NCBI GenBank assembly: GCA_050230475.1
Contig: JBFLGF010000080.1
Coordinates: 59,635 to 79,634 of the forward strand
Length of the DNA: 20,000 bases
Origin: Ancylonema sp.
Taxonomy: Eukaryota
Direction: 5' to 3'
The notes below the pieces were generated by a model. That model was not told the origin of the DNA and did no database searches. It saw nothing but the letters and a program-made list of their open reading frames with translations. Within the stretch, counting starts at the first letter, position 1. Every line of letters starts with the position of its first letter. Of this stretch, positions 1-9,370 are shown one piece after another. The position numbers and the translations under genes were made by a program.

Positions 1-1
1 C

Positions 2-1642
2 CAGTTTGATGCAAAATAGTACACCGCTCATGCATTCTGTGAATACTACAAAGGGAAACACCACACCCGAGACCAATGTCAGAAACTTGCCAAGGCACAT
101 AACTTACTAACTCTCAGTACACCACCCACTGCAGATACTCAACCCAAACAAATCGGGTGGAAGACTCCTGAGACGCAGACAAGTTACCTGGCTATGCAAG
201 TAGACGACTTGGCACGCCAACGCGAATTCGAAAACATGTCGCACCAGACAACGGACTCTGAGGTAATTGACCATACCATTCCATGTCAATACCTAATGTC
301 CACCAGACGTTCGAAAAGAGAAAAAGAAACAAGCGGCTATTAAGAAACATACCCAATTTCATGTTCCTGTGGTCACTATCAGCTGTGATGCAGTTTGATA
401 CACCTGTGAATGAAACGCAAGTACCACCCTTGCCTGAAACTACACCAATTCATTATCAATCTGATCCTGAACCAAGTAGTTCTACCACTCCATATCCGGA
501 GCCACATCTAGAGACATTGCTTGAACAACGAACAAGAGAGGGGGAGGATTACGGTCGCAGACAGGGATACAGTACAAAGATGCCAGACTCATTTGTACCT
601 GATTTTCCCAACATTTTGGAAGCTGGCACTACAAACATGAACCAGTTCCATAATACTGCTGTCCCTCCACCCATGCCTCTACCACAAGCACAAGCTCTTC
701 ACGACATGCTTCATGACCATGTCAATATTTTGCGTGCACAACTGCAGATCGCAGAAAAAGCACGAGACAACGCGGCTGCACTTGTCAGTTCCATGCAAGA
801 ACCTGCAGCCCAATACACCACCAGTCAGGATTTCACCACTTCCTCAACACGAAACTCTCAGGACATCAAATACGGTATTGCACTCCTTCGCAACAACCGT
901 GGGGTGTTAAAAATCATGAATGAGAAACCAAACAAGGTGGTAGTCGACAGTGGTGCCATCAAAACCATGATTGGCAGAATCATGGCATCCAAACTTGGAA
1001 TCACACCAAACATGTTGAAACCTGGAACACCATACATCACCGCATCTGGTGTGCTCAATAAATCAGTCTCGGCAACCAAGGAAAAATTTTCCGATTACGA
1101 TTGGCAGCGGCACACCCAATCCAACCACCATTTATATGGAACTCCACATGTCTCCATCCAGAGAATTTGACGTCTTACTGGGCAATGAAATTCTTGGACC
1201 AATTGGTGGATACTCTGACCCTTGGCAACATCTATTTTTTTATAGGGCAGATTGGGAAAGAGGTGAGTTATGCCTAGCATCTTTACCACTCACAGTCCGA
1301 CATCAATCCAACAAATTAGAAGTGTATATGACAGATAGTGATTCACCATCTCTGACCCTCACACCTTGGGATCGTGCTGCAGCTCTCCAACAGAAGGAGA
1401 AGAAGGCAAAAGCAGACCAATCTACCAGAGACAGTGAATTTGCACGTGCTAGTCCACGCCGTTCCATTCAATTCGGCTCTCAACCAGAAGAGGCCGTCTT
1501 GCCTACCTTACCACCGGTCAAAGTGGCAGCACGTGATTATGAGGATAACTATCCACCTACACCTGGCTCCAAACGCATTGACCCTCCACAACGGACTATG
1601 GGGAAATACAAGAAACTGCGGATACACGTCACCAATCAGTAG
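2..1642 (+). pseudogene. Gag (CCHC knuckle remnant) - aspartic protease polyprotein remnant, frameshifted
   Basis: Frame +2, 38-79 reads CEYYKGKHHTRDQC (CX2CX4HX4C spacing, second Cys codon is TAC). Frame +1 has VVVDSGAIKTMIG (~937-975). After a frameshift near the A-run at ~1080, frame +2 has FDVLLGNEIL, the C-terminal retropepsin motif. Confidence 0.75.
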
Positions 1643-1756
1643 TACGCAAACGATTGTATGCTGAAATCGAGGACAAAATCAAGCGCAAGTGCATTCCCCA
1701 GGCACTTGAACAAGCAAAGTTTGTAGATTTCAACCAACCCATCTCATCTCGCAGCA

Positions 1757-3151
1757 GTGTGTGCCAAACATTCTTGCGCTGGTGGATTTGAAGAAACTCC
1801 TACTCCTATGGAATTAGATACATCAACCATTCCATCCTCAGACATTCCAACCAATCCTACATCTCGCCAACATCCTCTACTTGCTCCTGACACTCAGTTA
1901 CTTTCAACCATGCTTTTGGATACAGACCTTTCTCGAGCTACCAACGACACCTTCGAACCAGATGAGCTACACGAGCTCACTGAAGACGAATTGCGAGACC
2001 GATACCACGTTATGATCTCGCAACAGAATTTTTTTCGAACAGTCGTCCTCAAAGCAGCAAAAACAGAGGCACAGGCAACGATTACACACAGAATCACACA
2101 AGTCATCAACGAAAAAAAATCGGTGCTTCTCTGCAAGGATGTGCAAGCTGAACTTGACATCGCCGCAGCCCGGCAGGAAGAAAAGAGCAAATGGATCCAG
2201 CAGTATGATCTTCTAGTGGACAAACTGCATTCCAAATTGGAAGACAAGATGCAGGACGTGGTCAAACTTCACGCAACGCAAGAAGTTCGCCAAGAAGCTG
2301 CTCGTCTGGAACACAGGCTACAGATGGAAATCGGCAAAAATGTGCTGCGAGAAGAACAGTCGACAGCAATTCCCCTTTCTTCACCTACTAGCTCCGCACC
2401 CTCAACATCCATCAGTCCTGCACTTTCTCCTGTTGCAATCGCCCCTACCACCAGTGGGGGTGATACCATGGACACCTCGGAGGCCATAAAACCTCCTACA
2501 ACTGCTGCGCGCAAACGAGAGGCGTATTCCACTCAACCAATTTCCCCGAGTGAAGTACGTCCCGCCAACCGGCAGCGCATGCAGTGAGCATCACCAGTCG
2601 CGGCAACACATCGAGTAGAGACCTACCTGATGGATAGTCGGCGGTCTACACCTACAACTCCCAGCTCTTCATCCCAGCTACCCACGACGGAGGACCCAGG
2701 GCAATCCATCGTCAAAACGATGGAGAATGAAGCTGTGAAGAACAAGCCACTCGGTGCATACGCTCACCTGCGCGACCCCAGAGACAAAACCGATGTTGCT
2801 CAACGACTGGCACGCACAAACACCAGTGTGTCAGATTTTACCTTCCGCCAATCATTCGTTCGACCGGCTATGGCGCATCTCCTTAACATGGGCGCCATCC
2901 CGAAGGCCTTCTCCGGAGCACACCACAGCAAGTTGGCAGATTCCATTTACGCGCCAAGTATCCTGCATTACGGAGACGCGCACTACCAAAACATCAGGCG
3001 AAATGGTCAAATTTATATGCGGGAGGCACACCTCAAATTGCGGCATGACTACCAACCACTCCCATCATCCATCAAATGGTGTGGTCCTACGTTTCAAGGA
3101 GCATACGAACTTCCCCGAACCATCATTTCTACGCAACCAGCTTATGAGGCT
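1757..3151 (+). pseudogene. Unknown polyprotein segment (charged helical/coiled-coil-like region plus S/T/P-rich linker), in frame with the DNMT-like domain
   Basis: ORFs 1757-2587 and 2630-3409 are both frame +2, separated by a single TGA. E/K/Q/L-rich helical stretch at ~1960-2350. No recognised family. Confidence 0.45.
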
Positions 3152-4141
3152 CGAGGCCTGCACATTTACATCCCCTTCGGAAACCTGGAGATTGTGGAGA
3201 TCTGTCTTGAGGGAGGCTCCATCATGTCCCACGTCACGCCGCAGACGGACTGCATCCACACCAAAAATCGCTACCGCCAGAAGCTGCGACAACTGCAACT
3301 CCGCTTTCCAGACCAGCTGCCGAATTTTGCTATCGAACACTGCGATGTAATCCTGTCTACGAGCGTCACCGACACGACAACGGAGCAGATGGACGCACTC
3401 TTCCGTTAGAAAGGCCCCTTCGACGTGGTCGGTGGTAACAATCACACAGAGGTGGAGCGCACCTACACTCCTCTACGTGGCGGTCAAGACCGTCGTCTCG
3501 CTCCACTCCTCGCTGTCATCAAATGGATACACTACAACGCACGGCTCGCACAATTATACCCGGTGCTCATTTTTTACACCAACATCGGCACACCCGAGGA
3601 CCCTCCTTGGGTAGACGACCTATACCACGTGACGCGTGCATTCTTTGGCAACGCTGCGGAGCTCCAACCACTCCAGTTCTAAGGCCACGTCCATCGCCCA
3701 ACCAAGGTGTGGACCAACTGCATTACACCACGCGAGCTGGAACTTGCACAACCCAACAGGCAGATCCGGGAGCCGCTGCAGCACCTTCTGCAACCCGGGC
3801 ACACTGCACAAATCATGACTCTTCCCGACCTGGTGAACCACAAACTCAACCGCATGGGCAACCGCCTGGCTGTGTTTCCCACTGTGAGTCCTTATCTCTA
3901 GACATGCGACTATACGCTGCGATCGGATGGACGACCCGGCATCGGGATGCTGTTCGATGCACCATCTCAGCAGTATGTGCCACCTTCTCCATTCGAGATC
4001 GAGCAAGCCCTGGGACGACCTGTGGGCTACACAGCTCATCGACGTATCACCGACGCCAGGCGCGCCTCCCACCTGGGCCACATGATGGACGGACGACTCA
4101 TCATGTTCCTGGCGGAAATCCTTCAGGGCACCAAACCATAG
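3152..4141 (+). pseudogene. Retrotransposon-borne C5 cytosine DNA methyltransferase-like domain, catalytic residues substituted, three internal stops
   Basis: ORFs ending 3409, 3682, 3901 and 4141 are all frame +2. Read through, they give motifs in canonical order: I LHIYIPFGNL (3158-3187), LRQLQLRFPDQLP, IV GPFDVVGGNNH (3413-3445), VI FYTNI (3572-3586), VIII HRPTKVWTN (3692-3718), IX-X EIEQALGRPVGYT...RRASHLGHMMD (~3995-4090). These resemble DNMT3 GPFDLVIGGSPC and EMERVFGFPVHYT...RQRLLG. Confidence 0.75.
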
Positions 4142-4236
4142 GGATCACCCCTCACCTCGGAACAAAGGTATTTACCAACCTCAACTCTGGGGGGGAGGGA
4201 CACTAGATCCTCTGGTCAACAATTTTCAACCAAACC

Positions 4237-4631
4237 TGTGAGAGTCGCATTAGCGGCGGCTCTAGCTTATGGGAAAGCATTCATTCACAAACACAGATAC
4301 ACGCTGGAAGGGTTGGAAAGTGCAAGTATGAATATGAAGGAGTACAGGAGTTGATCAGGATGCATAATGAGCACTCCTGACGGGTTTAAATACTAGTCTG
4401 AAACTAGGGTCGGAAGTGATCTCGTTATAAAGGAAAACTGAAGAGCTAAGGGCAAACACTCGATACAAGGACAAACTGGAAGATAGGGCCTAACAAAGGC
4501 TTAACTAATGATGAGGTCTAATAAAAATAGGGCCTAATTACTGGGAGGCGACCGGGATAAATAGCTAAGAGCTAGCAAAGGTTAGGGCACTCTCTAGGGT
4601 AACCCTAGGGACAATAGAGAGAGTCCTAACA
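4237..4631 (-). repeat. 3' LTR of nested element (395 bp)
   Basis: tgtgagagtcgc...gagtcctaaca; aligns end to end with 7024-7411. Confidence 0.93.
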
Positions 4632-4647
4632 GGACCCCCCCCTCAAG
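4632..4647 (-). other. Polypurine tract of nested element
   Basis: Minus strand reads GAG + G-run + TCC directly before the TGTTAGG start of the 3' LTR. Confidence 0.8.
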
Positions 4648-5338
4648 GGCGCGGCGTGCCGCGTAAGCAGGAGAAGGGCAGAGGCCGGGGCGGGCTCCGG
4701 GCGGGAAAAATGAGCCCAAGACAGGCGGGGCTCCCGACGGGGGAGAAATGATGGCGGGGCTCAAAGGCATGGAAAAGAATGAGCCGGGGATCGTAAGGGA
4801 AATAACGGGCTCCCGCGAAAACGAAAGCGGGGGGCCGTCGGATGGACGGCTCGATGCAGAGGACGAAAAAACTGGAAATCTGACACTGACGATAACGACC
4901 GTCCGATCTGTATGTGTCAGAAACTGGCGTAGGATAGGATGGCGCCACGTTGACGAAAATGGATGATGGTGCGATTGCGAATGCGCTGCTGGCAGATATG
5001 AAAGCTGTGTAGGGTGGAGATGCTGGCTGAGGAATCCGAGTGGACGGCGGAGATGGAGATAGGTTGCCAAAAAACTGGGCGAGCTGCGAAACGCCGATGC
5101 GGAGGGACACTGCCGAATTTCGAGGTTCCAGAATGTTCCGAGTACGGCCAGGATGCAGGTCCGGGCATTGACAGTTGGAGATGAGGCCACGTCGAGCTGG
5201 ACGAGCCGAAATCTGGAGGCTAGGACCTCGATCCCCCGCAAGACCCCGCAAGCCTGGCGGCTGGAAGGCAGGCCAAAACCTGCATCCCGCACGTGCGACG
5301 GAGCTAACTAGTGCCGGCAAAGGGCTCCGATTTCGCGA

Positions 5339-5414
5339 AGCGCTAGTAGTAGAGCACGGGCATATCAGATTAGACGAGCGCTAGTAGTAGAGCACGGGCA
5401 TATCAGATTAGACG
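5339..5414. repeat. Perfect 38-bp tandem duplication
   Basis: agcgctagtagtagagcacgggcatatcagattagacg at 5339-5376 and 5377-5414. Confidence 0.95.
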
Positions 5415-6193
5415 GCCGGGTTAGGGAATGGGACGTGGGAGGGGAGGGGGGGGGGTAGTTAGGAAAAACTCCATCGTGGCGGGGAGTCAAACTGGGAATT
5501 TGGGCTGGAAATGGGAACGGGTGGGGAGCCTGAACCTGAAATGCTCTGGGGGGATGGAGTAGAACTGGGTAGGGGATTAGGACAATGCGCCTTGCACGGA
5601 GGTAGTCGCGTGCAGCGGGGAGATGGGGGGAACTGGCATGACAGCAGGTCATGGTTGCCAGGTAGGCGGCAGCGCGCAAAGCAGCGGGAACGCTAGCTGA
5701 TGGCGTGGCGCGATGGGGCGGGCGTGGCGGTCCGAGCTCGGACTGCAGAGCCGGGCGGCAGGCGTACGGACGCCGAGGTCCGTGGGGGTGGCCAGTGGTC
5801 GGATGTGGGGAGTACCATTGCGTGGATCGGGGGGAAACAGGGGGGACAAAAAAGGCAGTAGGACGGGAGGGGAGGGTGGGAATGGGAAAGACTGCAGGTC
5901 GGGAAGGAAAGCCTGCAGACTGTGGCTGGTCTGGATTGCGTTGGAGAACACAGCGGGAGCGGAGTGAGCGACAAGGCTCACTGGATCTGGAATAGCGACA
6001 GGAGTAGTCGTAATAGCAACAGATGGACCAGCTTCTGGGGTATTAGGAGCTGGCAGCAAGCAGGTAGCTACGTCAGCCGGAGCAGGAGTGGGTGTGTCAA
6101 TGGCAGCCTGCAACTTGGCTATAAGCTCCAAACACACTGCAGGTGCCGTGCCATAGCGAGAAGTAGGAGGGGGAGGAGTGTATTCTGCCCATT

Positions 6194-6904
6194 TTACAGT
6201 AGAAACTGCTGGTATGAAAGTACGGACAGGCGCCAGGGCAGGAGTAGGGGTGGGAGCAGATACAGCGACAAAGTTCGCTGGAGCAGAGAAATGGCTGCAG
6301 GAGTAGTTGCCGCACTGATAGTTGTGGGAGCAGAAGGCTTGGTAGCTTTGTTAGCGGCTAGGATAGGAACAGCAACGTGAAGAGCTGCAAAGGGGGGACT
6401 GACTGTCGCTGAAACAGATGGAGCTGGAGCTGGCGTAGGAGCTGGAGCTGGCGTAGGAGCTGGAGCCGGAGCTAGGATAGGCTGAGGAGCGAGAATAGCT
6501 GCAGGGGTAGGTACAGAGTCTGCGGAGCAGACAGGTAGGATAGTTGCGATAGGGTAGACGGAAATTGGGGCAGCTGGTAGCACTTGGATCTTGTTGAGCT
6601 GCCACTTCAGAGTAGTACACCACGAAAGTATTTCAATTGGAGTTGGTATAGCTGCAGCTTTGCTTGTGTAGGCACGGAGTCTGTCCGTCAGAACTTCGAT
6701 GAGAGCTTCGCGGAAAATGTTGAGGTCTTCCAACCATGGATCTGCCGCGTCTACGTAGGGGCGATAGTAGATTAGTTCCCTGTCTGTATCCTCCAGTTTT
6801 GAACTCAGTTGTTGTAACTTTTGAAGATCGTCGTCTTGGACAATCCACGGGTCTTGGATCGATAGATTGAATGGTTGCCGAAATGGCTGGATTGATGGAT
6901 TCAT
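6194..6904 (-). CDS. Hypothetical 236-aa protein of nested element (gag position; helical N-terminus, Ala/Pro-rich tail), possibly degenerate
   Basis: ATG about 110 nt downstream of the PBS on the element's sense strand. APAPAPT repeats come from an 18-bp tandem at ~6420-6470. Similar A/P/T-rich coding continues in ORF 5649-6137. No recognised domain. Confidence 0.45.
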   Translation of the reverse strand: MNPSIQPFRQPFNLSIQDPWIVQDDDLQKLQQLSSKLEDTDRELIYYRPYVDAADPWLEDLNIFREALIEVLTDRLRAYTSKAAAIPTPIEILSWCTTLKWQLNKIQVLPAAPISVYPIATILPVCSADSVPTPAAILAPQPILAPAPAPTPAPAPTPAPAPSVSATVSPPFAALHVAVPILAANKATKPSAPTTISAATTPAAISLLQRTLSLYLLPPLLLPWRLSVLSYQQFLL

Positions 6905-7009
6905 GGATGAATCGATGGACTCGTCCCGAAATGGGTGAAGGGTATCAAAACCCCAGTGTGATTCACAGTGAAGAATACTACAAAAAACTCAACTGGAAAA
7001 ACACACTCA

Positions 7010-7021
7010 GATCCTGATCAA
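7010..7021 (-). promoter_or_regulatory. Non-tRNA primer-binding site (TTGATCAGGATC), complementary to LTR-internal sequence 7136-7147
   Basis: Starts 2 nt after the 5' LTR CA end, does not begin with TGG, and is an exact 12-bp inverted repeat of 7136-7147. Confidence 0.8.
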
Positions 7022-7023
7022 AG

Positions 7024-7411
7024 TGTTAGAGTCGCATTATAGCGGCGGCTCTAGCTTATGGGAAAGCAATTCACAAACACACATACACGCTAGAAGGGTT
7101 GAAAAGTGAAGTATGAATATGAAGGAGTACATGAGTTGATCAGGATCCTGAATGAGCAATCCTGAGGGTTTAAATACTAGTAACTAGGGTCGGAAGTGAT
7201 CTCGTTATAAAGGAAAACTGAAGAGCTAAGGGCAAACACTCGATACAAGGACAAACTGGAAGATAGGGCCTAACAAGGGTGTAACTAAGGATGAGGTCTA
7301 ATAACCAAAATAGGGCCTAATTACTAGGCGACCGGGATAAATAGCTAAGAGCTAGCAAAGGTTAGGGCACTCTCTAGGGTAACCCTAGGGACAATAGAGA
7401 GAGTCCTAACA
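7024..7411 (-). repeat. 5' LTR of nested element (388 bp) with TATA-like TATTTAAA (7176-7169)
   Basis: tgttagagtcgc...gagtcctaaca; terminal inverted repeat TGTTAG/CTAACA. Confidence 0.93.
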
Positions 7412-8208
7412 AAACCTGTCAAACCACACGGCCGGAATAAACCAAATTCCAAAGTCAACAGTCAAAACCAAACTCCGGGCAAACCCAATACAACCAAAAG
7501 TCAACACACCAATTTAGGACCAAACATGGTATCGAAACCCGGTCCAAGACCACGACCCACAAATTCAACCAAACCAACCAAATTAAGGCCTAACAACTCA
7601 ACAGTCAAACTTGATTCTTCAGGTCCACGACATTCTGGTCTCCGGTCCTTACCTGGTCAACGAAGTAACACTCGGAATCAGCCTCTAACCATCCCAGACC
7701 TACCACACATCACTTGGATATCAAACCAACCAAGACGATAATCTCATTCCACATCTCATGCTGCCTCTTACCATACGAGGAAACAACACCAAAAACACCA
7801 TGAACATTTCTCTTTCATCAACCACACTTTTCAATACCAACCATCGGAACCTCCTTTCGTACCACCTATACAACTACATTTTTCTTTATCACCATATTCT
7901 ATCTCTCAGCATACCCGATAGTCTACCAAACTTGCTGGAAGTACCATCTTCCCTAGATTATGAACAAATCGTTTATACATATTTGGATGATGATACCATT
8001 CCTACCTATACTCAGGGATCTGCACCTAACCCTGATGCATTGTTCGCATTATTAAGTACACGATTACCTTCTACTGGTGATCTTGTCTTACCTTCACCTT
8101 CTAGTTATGCCACTAAACCACGGCATACTTTTGTCATGTTCTTGTACAACCTCGTCTGCTGCTGTTTCCCAGCTCCTTCACAAGCGTTCCACAGCTCGGG
8201 GGGGGGAG

Positions 8209-9158
8209 TGAGATCAGCCGGACCACCAAGTCCACCTGAGACCCTTCGATCACCTACGAACATCATCCCAACCCAGTCAACATCATCGCTACTCCACCGC
8301 GAGCATTACCACATGCATCATTATGAGAAACATCCGGGAACAAAGGCGACAAAGTATGAGGAATATCAATTTAGGCGGCCGACTCCAAACAACACTTCAG
8401 CTTTCATGACGCTAGAGATCGCTAAGGCGAAACCCCTCTAGATTGTTCACAAACCCCTCTAGATTGATACTCTGCCACAACGAGAATATTCGATATAACG
8501 ACTTTCTAGAATTAGTACTTTACTAGAAACATAGTGAAGTACGAAATTTGTACGACTCGAAAATAACGCGTGGCGTATTTTCCGAAGTCTAGAATCTAGC
8601 AGTTTCAACAAATAGCTGCGTGTCGATTTTGTCGATTTTGTTTAAATCACAAGTCTCTTTCGACTTGTCGATAATCCCGGCGATTAAATCCAGCAGAGAA
8701 ATATCTCGCGCCATTTTCATCGGAGCGCCGAGATTAATTGTAATGTTCTAGAAGCCAGCCTGTCGCTATATCTTCGACACTTTAACTATAGTTAACTCTG
8801 CCGGTTAGCACCGCGCAACAACTTTGTGATAAAAGAAAAAGTGTACTTTCAGATCTGCCAGCTTCCGCTGTCAGATTGTGATGTTAAGAAATCTCCCAAC
8901 AATCTTGTGTGTTATCTGAATCCTTTGCAATTATGTGAATATTGCATCCCTTCTTCGCTTACGCAACTTCGCAACGTGCTCGTCTTCCGAAGCCTGACGG
9001 CTGTTAACCTTGATAGTCTGCACCAGACTATCTTGTTTGCTTTATAGTATTTTCATAGACTTTTGTACTATAAACCATCTGTTAGCTCGCCCTCGGTGTT
9101 AAGTAGTGAATTTCACCAGACCGCTGAGACGTGTGATAGATATAATATTGATATCTCA
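8209..9158 (+). repeat. Probable 3' LTR of the outer gypsy-like element (~950 bp)
   Basis: Preceded by G9AG purine tract (8198-8208). Begins TGAGAT and ends ATCTCA. Its first ~190 bp recur at 9188, starting at the same TG. The right boundary rests only on the inverted terminus. Confidence 0.7.
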
Positions 9159-9187
9159 GTAGAGACTCAATTTGCAATACTACTTAG

Positions 9188-9370
9188 TGAGAGCAGCCGG
9201 ACCACCAAGTCCACCTGAGACCCTTCGATCACCTACAAACATCATCGATACCAACCCAGTCGACATCATCGCTACTCCACCGCGAGCATTACCACATGCA
9301 TCATTCTGAGAAACATCCGGGGACAAAGGTCACAAAGTATTAATTTAGGCGGCCGACTCCGAACAACACG
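9188..9370 (+). repeat. Truncated second copy of the same LTR (5' part only)
   Basis: tgagagcagccggaccaccaagtccacctgagaccc...ggccgactccgaacaacac aligns with 8209-~8396 with small indels. Confidence 0.88.

Larger units (their letters stand above)
4237..7411 (-). mobile_element. Non-autonomous LTR retrotransposon, 3175 bp, two LTRs, 5-bp TSD AAACC
   Basis: Highly similar direct repeats 4237-4631 and 7024-7411, both TG...CA. AAACC at 4232-4236 and 7412-7416. Minus-strand purine tract next to 4631 sets the orientation. No pol motifs inside. Confidence 0.93.
1..9158 (+). mobile_element. Degenerate Ty3/gypsy-like LTR retrotransposon (5' end outside window), lacking RT/RNase H/integrase, carrying a DNMT-like domain; interrupted by nested element 4237-7411
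   Basis: Order on + strand: zinc-knuckle remnant (38-79), retropepsin motifs (937-1190), long frame +2 ORF to 4141, PPT 8198-8208, then LTR-like 8209-9158 with TGAGAT...ATCTCA termini. The AAACC TSD of the nested element shows 4236 and 7417 were contiguous. Confidence 0.7.

Noticed and set aside
310..1090. Programmed ribosomal frameshifts at the A-runs near 320 and 1080
   Set aside because: The second splits the protease domain itself; homopolymer indels from decay or sequencing explain both more simply.
1894..4081. Minus-strand ORFs (1894-2265, 3065-3445, 3620-4081) and + ORFs in other frames (2754-3350, 3523-4206)
   Set aside because: Shadow ORFs of the frame +2 coding region with no recognisable motifs.
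4594..5320. ORFs of 232 and 225 aa as a chromodomain or integrase tail
   Set aside because: No chromodomain or GPY/F motifs; overlapping long ORFs are expected in GC-rich sequence.
5339..5414. 38-bp repeats as a CRISPR array
   Set aside because: Only two adjacent copies, no spacer, no cas genes, eukaryotic TE context.
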